From Amphiscolops sp. MND2022 (taxonomy: Eukaryota): a DNA stretch of 64,000 nucleotides. Below the pieces are notes generated by a model. It was not told the DNA's origin and ran no database searches. It saw nothing but the letters and a program-made list of their open reading frames with translations. Positions within the stretch are counted from its first letter, which is position 1, and the number at the start of each line of letters is the position of its first letter. Location: NCBI GenBank assembly GCA_964187785.1, contig OZ076415.1, positions 57,474,001-57,538,000 of the forward strand, read 5' to 3'. A program made the translations under genes and the position numbers. Below, piece after piece: positions 35,237-47,245 of the stretch.

Positions 35237-35904
35237 TTTTTAGTCGGCGCTTCATGAAGTGAAACGCGACTATTATAGTGACTTTTCTTTTTTTTTTTTT
35301 TTTTTTTCAATCCACACGAACTGACCAAAATAGTTCTTAAAAGTTCTACAAAATATTATGGTGTCAAATTGCACTATTTGGTCTAGCGAACTGAACCAAA
35401 AAGGTTTTACCTGTTTTTCCGCGTAACATACCATACCGGGAGAGACCAAAGAGTCCCCCCTTTCAATTTTTTTCGGCACTGGAGACATTTTTTTCGGAAT
35501 TTTTTTTTTCGAAATTTTTTTTCCTCAAAGGGTCCCCCCTGCATTTTTTTGATGTTTTGCGACAGAATGGATGTTGGAAAATCCCAAAGGGTTCCTCATT
35601 TCAGTTTTTTTCGGCATTGTAAAATTTTTTCCCGAAAACAAAAAAAAATTTCTTCAATTTTTTCATGCTTTGCGACAGAATGGATGTTGAAAAACCTCAA
35701 AGGGTCCCCCCTTTCAGTTTTTCGGCATTGTGAGACGTTAGCGCGCCACTCGGTCCAATTTTTTTAGTATGTAATTTTTTCAAAAAAAAATTTCGAAAAA
35801 TTTTCGATTTTCGACTTCTGTAAAAGAATACTTGACACTTGGAAGTCTTTTTGCTATTTTTGAGCCTTGGATATGGCGCCGACTTGGGCCGGTCCCGGCT
35901 TGTT
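35237..35904 (-). mobile_element. HINE-family element
   Basis: TTTTAGTCGGCGC terminus, internal AAAGGGTCCCCCCT/TTTTCGGCA repeats, and a GGCGCCGACTTGGGCCGGTCCCGGCTTGTT terminus. Confidence 0.75.
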
Positions 35905-36724
35905 AAATTTTAAGTTGCTTTGGTTGATATATGGAAGAGGCGTTGCTTTAGTTTTGCTTGGCTTTTCTTCTCTAGCTGTAAAATGGATTAATAGCAAATC
36001 GATGTCCTTTTGTTTCTGTTTGAGGTGTTTCAAATCTCATCTGAGTATTTTCCACCTCCAGTGCTTCTTTACTTTCTTTAATTTGTTTTTCCTGTTCCTG
36101 CTGACTACATACTGATTTATTTTTTGCTTCACAAATTTGTAATCTCGCTGTAATGTCTCATGGGTAATGATCAGTTCAGTGCTAGATTCGAATAAAATTG
36201 CAGTTTTTCTTTCGTTTGTTGCCTTGTTTTGCCGCTGAGTGATCTTTTTCTCAAATCACCAATAGCGTTCACCGCTCTTGTGTGCGCAATGACATCAAAA
36301 TCGGATGACTAGGATTTGAGATTGATAAAATTAGTCCAAAAAATGACTTGATGGCAATAAAGTACGTAATTTGTTTTTCAATGTTTTAATCTTTTCCGAC
36401 TCCTTTTCTCCATGCGGCTCTGGTTTACGTAATTTTTGGTATCATAAGCGATGGAAAAAGTTGCGATACACTCGAATTACAGTGAATAAAGGAATTTGAC
36501 AGGATCAGCGGTTGTCAAGTTCCCATTCGTTTTGATGAGGACTGTAAAACTTCAGCAATTTGGATTCCTCTTTCGTAGAGGTGAAACGGTAAAGACGAAA
36601 CCCCACCGAGACTTGTACGTTTTGAAAATCATCGACTGAAAATTGGTAGACGTTATGATTCAAATATGCGCTCCAATCAAACTGAGTTTTAAAGGGAATG
36701 GACAATCGATTCGAAATATTGCGT

Positions 36725-38374
36725 AATTATTATAATAATAATAATTGAATTTATCTGGTGATACATAATTGACATACAAATATCAAATCAAGTTACAATA
36801 AAAATACACCAAAAAAGACTCCCAAAGGGCTTACGCCCGCTGGAAGGGAGCCTTAGCGAATTAAAAACAACAGAGTGTATGATTAACATGATTAATCATA
36901 CTGACTAAACCTATAGTCAAATGAGAAAATTCTAAGACAACAATGAAAAAAAAAACGAGAGGGAAGAAAAGTATCGGAAAGAGAACAGAAAATTACCTTC
37001 AGTACTTGACATTTGCTTCATCGGCAGTGGACGAGCTAAGCCCTAGTATCTAAAGCGATTCAACTCCCAACCAACTAAAACGTACAGAGTTATTTCGGGG
37101 AAAACCGGCAAAAGGTGAAAAAATCCGAACTCAGAGCGACTAAATACATCATTTTGGTGAAATTTGCCGATGCAACCCCCCTCTACTTACAGCGGAATGT
37201 GCCATGTAAACCTCAGAGAGGCTTACATAGAGGACATGGACCGTCTAACTGAGACCATGCAGGGGGAAGCATCGGCATTTAGTGGGATACTCATGGGTTA
37301 ACCCATGAATATTCCACTAATGCATCTTTTCCAAAAATGAGAAAACTACAATAAATATAAGGTAGAGAATGATGATAGCACGGTCAATTAAAGCATTAAA
37401 AGAGGGTAGACAAGAAGTACACTGAATAAATGTGAAGGATATTAAAGAAAAATCCTTTAGCTTGTAGGTAGGCGATCATATGATCAAAAAGGTTCCAAGC
37501 TCCTGAGCACAGCAGAGAAGAGGCTTTGTTTGAGTCCACTTTGGGGACTTCATTGCTTGGCTTTCCAGCTTCACATTCACTGTTAGCAGGGGAAGCTTCA
37601 CTGAAGTTCATAAACAAACCTGACAAGCTCCCTATTCCCGATTAAATAGCTTCTGAGGAACCTATGACACAACACTTTGAGCGAGTCTTCAGACAAGTTT
37701 CCGAGTTCATCATTATCCGGTAAAACAGACCAATGCTTAAGTTTTTTATAAAGCCTAGGAACACGTATTGAGAGCGACTGTCGATACATTTTATTGTAGG
37801 AGACAGGTTCGATCGCGAGCTCGAGTTTCTTATTCCTCAAGTAGTAATCGCTTTGGGATACAGGTTTGAGGATGTCGTTGAGGACTTGGACAGGATGACC
37901 AGTTGATAGCGAGGCCACTATGAACTTGAACAGTTCATAGACATGGAATTCATGAACGGCAGGAAATTCATTTTTTATCATTAGAGAGTCAACGCTTGCA
38001 AATTTCTCAAGGAAGAACATAGTTCGCAAAATTTTCTTTTGTAATGTATATATAGGGCTGAGAATGGAAAAAGACGTACAGCCGTATATCAGAACATCAT
38101 ATTGGATGAGTGGATTCACTTGTAATTTATAGTAAACCAGTAACTGAGATTCGGTTAGAAAATCGCGAGAACGCCTAACAGTATGATGGCAAAAGTTCAA
38201 CTTCTGTTTGATTTTAGCTACATGATCTTTGAAGCAGAGAGAATCGTCAATAATAACACCCAAATACTTCAGATTGTGCTTCATTTCAATCACCAGTGAA
38301 ATTAAAATTATTGAATTATGGCTCATTAAAAATGATGCAAGTGGGATAATCATGGGGGTGATAATTACAAACAA
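36725..38374 (-). mobile_element. 5'-truncated LINE (L2/CR1 group): RT C-terminal region, long 3' UTR and (ATT)n tail
   Basis: ORF 37598-38374 contains KYLGVIIDDSLCFKDHV..LLVYYKLQVNPLIQYDVLIYG..LQKKILR. The tail repeat is at 36725-36746, with stem-loops in the UTR. Confidence 0.85.
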
Positions 38375-38683
38375 CTAACTTAAGTTGAAATTATGATTTA
38401 GCCTCGAATAGCTCAAGGTCTGTGGTAAGCATACTCACCCACCCCAACTCATAACTTGTCAATATCCCCTCCCCCAAAGGCCGTTGAGACAAATTCTCAC
38501 ATGACCCAAAAGTACAGGCATTCAATCTACAGTATTCACCCAATTGTCAAAATCATTTGTAAATGAGTTGTCTGTGTTCAGGAAACGCATGGGAAACAAA
38601 TATGTTGAATTATAAAAGGGAAGTAGATATTAGGACTTAGTAATAAATATTCTCTAGGCATAGCAGTATCTATTCCGAGTGAT

Positions 38684-40330
38684 TTACAAAGCAGTTACTT
38701 CAGTAAGTTTTTCAACTGACGAGGAGGCTGGGGTTCCTGGATTGTCTTCGGCTTCTGTCTCGTCTTCGTCGGCTGTTGCTGTTGGGTCCTCCTCCACATC
38801 CGCTGGTTCATCTTGTTCTTCCGCTTGTGGTCCCTTGTCATCTGTTGTGGGCGGCTCCCCTTCCTCTGTATTTTCCGTCAGCTTTTTCTGTGGTTGTTGC
38901 TCCGCGTGTTGAGCTGGTGGCCCGTCTTGTCGCCCGGACACCAGTGCCTGTTAGGGTGTCGGTGGCTGCTGCTGCACCTTTTGTTCGTCGTCCGCCCGGT
39001 TTAATAGTACCAGTCGAGCTTCGTGATGGAGATGAGGAGTTCTTTATGGACATATATAGTTGGGGAGCAGTTAGGCGGCTACAAAATTCGGTAGAGTTGA
39101 TGAGTGGTTCCAGGGGGTATCGTGATTTTTGGTTGTTCTTTCAACCTTCTAATTGTAAGTGTACGGGAGGCAATGGGTGTCCCGCCTCCTTGCGGAGCAG
39201 GGAGATATGCTACTTTTCCAGTTAAGGAGCTACATTTTGGGTTACGCTCTGGTCACTACTTTCCAGAGGGATCAGATCCGCCGTCTGTGGCCGGCTTGGA
39301 ACAACTTCAGTGCGACATCCCAGCCTTACGGGTTCTTTACAGCTTCTCTGCGAAACGAGAAAGGCCATTTAATCTTAATTTGGATTTTTGGCATTGAAAT
39401 TTTTAACGACTTTTTTATTCGAAGAGTTTCTTTACATTTAGGGTTTCTTCTGCGACTTCAACAGCGATTGTATGTTCAAGTCTATGTGTATGAAGGACAC
39501 TCCTTTTCCAGTAAGACTGTGAGTTCTTTTCCGTGTGCTGAAATAACTTGTAGTTGAGTGTAATGTTTAATCACTTGACGTTTGAAATTTAGAGGCTGTT
39601 TTTTTGTATGTATGTATGTTTTAAAATCATCTTCACTCCTATTATGTTCCATTTCAAATTTTTTGATCACCATGCTTCGGAAGTATTTCGAGAACTATCG
39701 ATGTTTCCATCAGGTTGATGCTATCATATGTGAAGAATTGTACTTTCTTAAGATTTTCGATCCGATTGAATGTTTCTGCTTTTGATCCTTTCGACAAATG
39801 TTTACTATATATTGTTTTCTACATGTGTGGCTTTTGAGTGTTTATGGAAGCTGTTTCATGTCGTTTTTATTGTGCTGTGTTAGAATTCCCTTTTCAAGTG
39901 CTTCGAGATATTTGCATGTTTTGTGATCGGTCTTATTTCAGTCTACTTTCTCCATTGAATTTTTCAGGTCTAGGTCTGTCTACAAATTTTGACAGAATTT
40001 TTTGCCATTGAAAGAAGTCCGTATTTTTGGATTGCATTGTTCAAGTTATAGAGTCGAATGTTCTGTAGAATGTTTCTCACCAAATGTCTTTTTTCTTTGT
40101 CAGCTAATTATATGCTTATCTGCGCTGTGTAAATTTTCTGAGTTGACCAAATCTGACTTTTGTCTTGCTACTTGTGTTTGATTAGTAAGTTTTTTGTGCA
40201 TTTTTGTTGCTCTTACTGGAAATGATAATCATCAGCTGTTCGCTTTCGACCATTTTAGAACTTCTTCCGTTTTCCACAGATGGATTTTGCGTCTACGCTG
40301 TGTCCATAGCTGCTTTCATATATACGGCTT
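38684..40330 (-). other. Degenerate coding-like region of unknown origin (acidic/Pro low-complexity tract plus decayed Lys-rich frames)
   Basis: Minus-strand frames such as EENTEEGEPPTTDDKGPQAEEQDEPADVEED and longer Lys/Asn-rich frames are broken by stops; no recognisable domain. Confidence 0.3.
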
Positions 40331-42418
40331 CTGTTCGCACATTTTGATCTTCATGTTCCTGAGTCATCAACATGACGGACGATCTATTAGATCTTCGGTC
40401 GTCGTACTTTCTGTCACTGTTCGTTTTGCAACAGTTACAGTCTCTAGAAGCTTTGAAAACGACCCTCAGCCCTCATTGACTAAATGGCGGGGCATCTAAT
40501 GCAATTTATTGGCAGTGATATTATTCATACCCCGACAAGAACCAGAGTAAGAATCCAAATTCGGCAACATTGCATTACAGGAATCCTGAAGCTATTTACA
40601 GCAACAGTCACACGGTGTTTCATACACTTCTTGACTGGAAAGAATCTCAGCTTATTGTGAAGGTTATTGTGAAGTATCCTGCATTGAATGCCCAACTCAT
40701 TGCGATATTAACAGTTGGAGGTTGTGACTTCTTCTATTGCTGACACTTACTTGAATTATTACTTGGATTTATCCGTAACTTGGAGTTTCGTGATCACAGA
40801 CTCGCCAATCATCGGGATGATGAAAATGACTACAAGAGACTACTGGCAACGACTGTCACAATATACTTGACTTCATGCGAAAGGAATCTCATTTCATGAT
40901 TCGGATCCAAGTTTGAAAGACGAAGAATTTATCATTGGAGTTGTTACAATGATATTGATGAATAAATTGTTTCTTCTTTAATGATCTGCTGTGAATGATC
41001 ATTTTCCTAAATAGAAATCTTCTATACCAATTGTATTTTTTACAGCGTCAGCCCGTTGATATAAAATGCAACTACTGAAGTTCTAAGACTTGAAATGATC
41101 TTTCGAAATTATATGATGTGGCAACAAAAAAAGTTGAATAAATTCCTGGAGTCTTAATGATGATACGAAGCGAAAACACTAATAATGTGCTTTAAAAGCA
41201 ATAAATCGATGCTTCCAACAAGATGTCAATTGGATGTGAAAAAGATTTTTTTGTGAAAAAGCAAAAAAATGAATGATCGATGGGAGCCCCTAACGCAAAA
41301 ACTCAAAAATCCCATGAATTTGAAGTTGAAGAGTGTTCTAATTGATTGGTTAATTTGAGTATCTGCATAGTACCAAAAATGGATGATTGTAATCTGCAAC
41401 ATGATTTACCATACCGGTCATATTTATATGATTTAATGACAGGACATCAAACTTCAGGACATCAAACTTTTCGTAGGAAACTCATGAAAAAAAATTACGA
41501 GACATTTTTTTCTAGAACATATTTGCTGGATATTTTTCCACCATCTGTTTCCAGTGTTATTTTGAAAGCTTCGGTCAAATCGGTTGAGGAATGAGGTCAA
41601 AATTTGAGCTGTTTTTCTGGAGTCAAAGTATTTAGGATCGAATTATCCAGATCAAAAACGTCAATATGACATTCTAAGTTTGGTTGCACGACTCGGCTTT
41701 CCTCTAAACCTGCCACTGGTCAAGTAGTGGCACGTTCCTCCACTTCGCTGCTGTATTTAGATACCATACCGTGTATTAATAAAATTTTCACCTCTTTCGT
41801 TCCTACTTGAAAATCAAGTTGCTATTCGATCCTAGTTAATTTTGCTAACTTTTCAATTCTAAATACTTCGACCCTCCGCAACTGTCTCAAAATTTTCTGG
41901 AACACAATCCGACAACCATTTTGAAAGACACCAAAGGATGTTATAAGAGTGTTCTAGACTTCCATTCATGCAATGAATCAGTCGGAGTTGATATATTTCA
42001 GAAGTAGAAAACGCTGAAAACAGAAAGCGCTAAGACTTTTGAATATGCCCAGTTGCAGCTTTGAGAAAATTCTGTCACTGTGCCAAAAACTAAAGACGAA
42101 CCATTTAGGCTCGAAAAATGTTTTTTTTTGTAACTGAAAACAAAGAACCCTAAGGATAGACCCTTTGGTGAAATTGAAAAAACAATTGAAAAGCAAGTGC
42201 GAACTGAAAAGGAAATAAGCAGGGTTCATATAAGCAAAGAAGTGGGTAAATTTTTTTGATTCAGAAACAAGACTTCAATGAGATTGAAATAGATTTACAC
42301 ACTTGTACCAAACGAGCTAATCTATTTGTTGAGTGGAATCACTAGATGCCAATGAGGGAAATCGAATTGTCAAACTTCTTGAATTACGGAAAAAAGATTG
42401 ATATCGAAAAGTTGGTGT

Positions 42419-42449
42419 AAACGTTTTCGGTCTTGTAGACCATCATCCG
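42419..42449 (-). ncRNA. Degenerate minimal hammerhead ribozyme-like motif (3' pseudo-LTR)
   Basis: The minus strand reads CGGATGA-T-GGTC-TACAA-GACC-GAA-AACGTT: near-consensus CUGAUGA core (one substitution), perfect stem II, GAAA and palindromic AACGTT. Confidence 0.55.
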
Positions 42450-44479
42450 AATCTAAAAATATACACAAATTGCAAAACTTGGAATTTTATATTTAAAAAG
42501 CACCATTAAGTGGAAAAAAAGTTGAAACAGAAAAGATAGATAGAAGAAAGATCAAGCCAAAGGATTTTTTGGAACAATGATGAATCACACTCTCAGTGAG
42601 CTCGCCTGTCCTGTACTCCTCCTTCAGGTTGATGGACGGCGCTCTCCTGGATATGTGAAGGGCTTCCAGAGTGAGTAGCTTGATGGTGCTATTGGTTCTG
42701 TCGATGACGTTAATTTCAGCATTTTGCATAGTTTGCGAGCAGTTCCTCAGGTGACTTCCCACCTGGCTGGCTGGTCTGGCGTGTTCCTGAATTCTCGTAG
42801 TCAAAAGGCGGGTTGTTTGCCCGACGTAGCTGGATTGGCACCCAGGAGAAGTACTTTGGTAGACGACGTTACTCAGGAACATCTTAGGGATAGGTGACTT
42901 CAGCGATGGAAGAGCGGTTTTGAGCTTTCGGGTTGTGAAAACTGTTGAGACTTCCACAGCTCTTCGTAACTTCTTCGAGAATTGATCGCTTTTATCACCG
43001 CCGTATTGAAGAATGAGGAGGTGGGTTTCTTCCACTTTCACATGTTGATCTTCCCGGATGGCAAGATGCTTTTCCGGTAAGAATTTTATCTAACGTTTGA
43101 CGAAGAATGGGCTGGTAGAATTGATGTGGATACTGATTCTTTTCCCAAGTTTCGGCCGCTCTTTTAATGCCTTCAGTGAAGTTTTCCCAGGTCGGGGTGG
43201 CATTGAAGATTCTATAGATTATGCTCTCAATGATATTTTTCTCGTACTTACCGGAGCTAGTGCCCTGAATTGGAGGATTAGACCAGTGTCAGTTGGTTTT
43301 TGGTACCATGAAGTGTCTATTTTTCCATTCAATAATCGCACTTCCATGTCCAGAAAAGTCATTGAGTTGTCTTTTAGGGTCTCAATGGTGAATTCTGAGT
43401 TTGGGTGCAGGTTGTTGCTGACCTCAAGAATGCAGTCAATGTTGGATACTTTGGCACTCCTCAGTGTCGTTCACGTACCGTCCAAAGACTTTCGCATTGG
43501 GGTCTTGATGGGGCCGGGTCTTTCGCCTGACACCCACATCGCCACTTCGTCTGCGATGGCAAGCTTTTTATCTGCTAATGTCAATCCTGTTCTCTTTCTG
43601 TGGAACCAAGATATGCAGGTTGAGCATTGTATCGCATAACTGTTCTTGGTCACAATCTCTTCGAACCCTCCACACCGATATCCCAAATTTTTCTGGCGTG
43701 GCAGGCTGGGTGGTTGAGGTGCAGGAGTTTCAACAGAAATTTGGGCTTCAAATTTTTTCAGCCAAATGTTTGCGAGTATGACAGCGAGGGAAGCACCCAT
43801 AGCGATATCGTCTCTCTGGATGTACCAGTCTGACCCACTCATGAACCACACATTGATCACCGCTAACTCCATGAGCTTCTTGAAGGTGGGCTGTTGCGTT
43901 TCAGGGGGATTACTCGATGCGTAGATTGCTTCGCATGCCAACTCGATAGCCTCGTGGACTGGCACATTCGTGTAGAGGCTTTTTACGTCCCTAGAGAAGT
44001 TTCGTCCGACTCTAGTGCTATTTGTTCAAGTCTTCGCCTCATACCTTCAGTCGATGTCTCAATATTGGCGCCCGGGACCTTATCGAAAACTTTGTGAGCC
44101 ATTCATTGAGCCTGTCATACGTGCTTCCGGCAACGACAGAACAGGTCTCAGTGGGGTATTCACTGTGTACTTTGGCTAATCCATATAATCGGGCAGGTTG
44201 CGAGCCAGTACATTTCAATTTTTTGAAGAGGTCGTCGTCTATTTTGCCATTTTGCAGCAGACATCTCAGACTTTTATTCATTTTATCCCCCTACGACAGT
44301 ATGTTGTTCTTCTTGCTGGTTTTCGTCACTTTCTCAAAAATTGGTCTCCGTTCAAAATGTCGATAAGTTTCCCTTCGTATGTGGTGTTTTTCATTACACA
44401 GAATCCAATCCTTTGTCCAGTGCGACAGCTTTAAGTTTCTCTTTTGTGAGGTACTTCTGACTTTGTTCAGCATTGGGTC

Positions 44480-44972
44480 TTTTTAGTCGGCGCGTTTTCC
44501 TTTTAAGGAAAAATGCCCGACTATAGCAGTGACCTTTTTTTTTTCTTCAGACTACAATCCTCACACTGATCGGTCCACTTTTTACAATTCTGCGCAGAGC
44601 ACCTAGCAAAGTCCGCCCAAGGCAAACTTTACTCCAAAGGGTCCCCCCTTTCATTTTTTACTTTTTCAAGGAAACATACAAAACCGGACGTGCCCAAAGG
44701 GTCCCCCCTTTGGATTTTTTTCGGAACTGTGCGACTTTTTTTCGAAAATTTTTTAATGTCCCCAAAGGGTCCCCCCTTTGAGTTTTTTGATATTTTGCAA
44801 CGGAATGTTTGTTATTAAATCCAGAAGGGTCCCCCTTTTACATTTTTCGGCACTATGCGATTTCTTTTGAAAGAAAAATTTTTTTCAAAAATTTCAATTT
44901 TTTTTCAAAAAAAGTGTTTTACGCTTTTTGAGCCTTAGATATGGCGCCGACTTTAGACGTTCTCGTCTTGTT
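44480..44972 (-). mobile_element. HINE-family element inserted into the Penelope ORF
   Basis: Both family termini are present. It splits the Penelope N-terminal region (45091-45632) from the RT (44473 and below). Confidence 0.8.
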
Positions 44973-45830
44973 CTTCATGGGCATGGACGCTGTTTCTTCA
45001 TTAATTTATTGTACCAAAGTGCCAGTGCATTCACTTCGTCCAACTTTTCCTTGGATGCGCCATCAATCTTGAGATTATGGAGCAAGCCATCTATGTCCGC
45101 AAGGAATTGGATCTCATTGAGTTTGTCAAGTATGTGATGCTTGGGTCCGAGCGAAAAGTACTCCAGGATTTTCGAGGGAGCTTCAAGTTATCCACAACTT
45201 TGACAGTGTCACCGACATTACAAAGGGTTTTGCTTTGCTTTTCAGCCAATATCTGCAGCTTTTTCTGGTGTCGCTTTTCGTTTTGCAGTCTCAGGTTGGC
45301 TATGTACAGTCTCAAATGTTTGATCAGCGAGAACTTTATACCCGGTGAAAGGCCTCTCAGTTTGGCGCGCGTCCCTCTAACGGTTCAGTTAGTTCTTTCT
45401 GATGCTCATTCGCCGAGGGTAGTTCTTTTCTCAAGAGGCGTGGCTGGAAATTATGAATCGTAGTGGGCTCAAAACAACCGTTGCTGGGCACGCGGAAGTT
45501 CAAAAACTCCGATATCAGGTCATTTTTCAAATACGATGTCAGGAATAAAATGTGATGCTGACAATTGGCCTGTTTTTCTAGCACCTTGAGGTACTTTCTG
45601 TAGTCTGAGACCGATTGCTCGCTCATTCGCACTTTCAGTAACCCGAACGGTACAAATTGGGATGTTTATTCCGTATACAAAGATTGGGCCTCCAAGGCAC
45701 CGTGCCCTCTGGAGTGCATAATAGGGGGTCTCGTGTGGCAACTTTTGCTGCGAGGTGGTTGACTCCCATTTTAAAGTGAAAAGACGTTCGAAAACACGTT
45801 TAAAACAGCCTGAAAACGAACAGACTAACC

Positions 45831-46423
45831 TTAGTTTGCCTCTTCCCTTCTTTCTGCTGTCTCTTTTGTGGTTTGAGAGCTTTTTTTCCTGGATCTGGAC
45901 TTCTTGATGAATGCCCAAAGGTCGTCAAGATTCTCTTTCACCTTTTCAATAATGTCCAGTGCTAGGATGCAGTCGGGGTGGAGTTTAGCCAACTCGCGGT
46001 TGTACTCAGGCTGCCTTCTGTTCCGATTGGAGGACAAGTGCCTCACTGCGTGAAGAACTAAGATACCCGTGTTCTCAATGAGGAAGTCAAAAATGTCCTC
46101 GGTGGCCTCTCGCTGAGAATTTACAATACATGCAATACGGTCTTGTATTTGAAGGTGACTCAAAGTTCGGTTGGTGTTATTTTTGCACCGTCTCTTGGGT
46201 TCATTGTCACGGAATTGTCGATGACGTCGTGCCAGATACTGAGGGAGTCTTCGTCCTTGAGCTCGTCTTCCAAGATACTCTGAGCTCTTTTCTCTGGGTC
46301 GTTTTTGGGGTTAAAACTGAGTCCAGATGCGCTGTAAGAGTGCTTCACCTGATGAGCTTTGTCGGATCCAGTCGCTACGTTGGTTCTCTCCAGGACACTG
46401 GCTCCAAAGAAGTGGTGCAGCAT
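45831..46423 (-). pseudogene. SGNH/GDSL-fold-like ORF upstream of the Penelope RT ORF (one frameshift at ~46160)
   Basis: The joined reading has FFGAS (block I), YSASG (II), SIWHDVIDNS (III), IACIV and ILVLH strands, and AKLHP (V-like). Confidence 0.5.
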
Positions 46424-46500
46424 CTACCTCTCCAAAAGGGTTGGTTGCGTAAATTTGCTAGGCAAATCAGGAAAAAAGATTGATATCGAAAAGTTGACTT

Positions 46501-46530
46501 GAACGTTTTCGGTCTTTAGACCATTCTTGA
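46501..46530 (-). ncRNA. Degenerate hammerhead-like motif (5' copy); a third remnant at 46732-46760
   Basis: The minus strand reads ..AAGAAT-GGTC-TAAA-GACC-GAA-AACGTT-C. Stem II and GAAA are intact; the CUGAUGA core is eroded. Confidence 0.4.
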
Positions 46531-46765
46531 ATTACGTTTGGATGTGTCCCTTGAAAATTAAGCTTTTTCTTCATCAGGTATGCGTCGATATTCGTACTGC
46601 AAATTTTACCTGGAAACAAGGAATTAAAATTACGACTGATTGCCTTCATTGCTGTTGCAAAACGTTTCGTTCACACTATACAGGCAGATACTTTGAATGA
46701 CTGTCGGAACGCTGAAATGAGTCCCGGTTCCAAACGTTTTCGGTCTTCTCAAGAATCATGCAATC

Positions 46766-47245
46766 TTTTTAGTCGGCGTTTTTCTAGTGAAAAGAGCCCA
46801 ACTATTACAGACTAGAATTTTTTCGCCAAACTAGAATCTCACTCTGATGGGTCCACTTTTCTTACAATGGGAACTACTAAAACTACTGAGGCAATAAGGC
46901 CAATTCCGGTCAGCGGAAATAAGTGCAAAAGGGTCCCCCTTTCAATTTTTACTTTTTTAACGTAACCTACAAAACCGGACGAGACTAAAGGGCCCTTTCG
47001 ATTTTTTTTGGCATTGTGCGACTTCTTTTCGAAAATTTTTTAATGTCTCAAAAGATTCCCCCTTTCAAGTTTTTTGATATTTTGCAACAGAATATATGTT
47101 AATAAAGCCCAAAGGGTCCCCCCTTTTACAATTTTCGGCACTATGCGACATTTTCCGAGAGAAAAAAATTTCAAGTTCTTTTCCAAAAAGAATTGCGCTT
47201 TTTGAGCCTTAGATATAGCGCGACTTTAGACGTTCCCGTCTTGTT
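46766..47245 (-). mobile_element. HINE-family element
   Basis: Both family termini and internal AAGGGTCCCCC repeats. Confidence 0.78.

Larger units (their letters stand above)
42388..46532 (-). mobile_element. Penelope-like retroelement (SGNH-like ORF, RT with PHD insert, GIY-YIG endonuclease), decayed and interrupted by a HINE
   Basis: GIY-YIG region (NVVYQ..CQSSYVGQTTRLLTTRIQEH..LEALHI..PSIN) and RT motifs (PARLYGLAKVH, DVKSLYTNVP, AMGASLAVILAN, RYVND, FLDM, WYQKPTDTG). A ~63-bp direct repeat occurs at 42388-42452 and 46470-46532. Confidence 0.88.
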
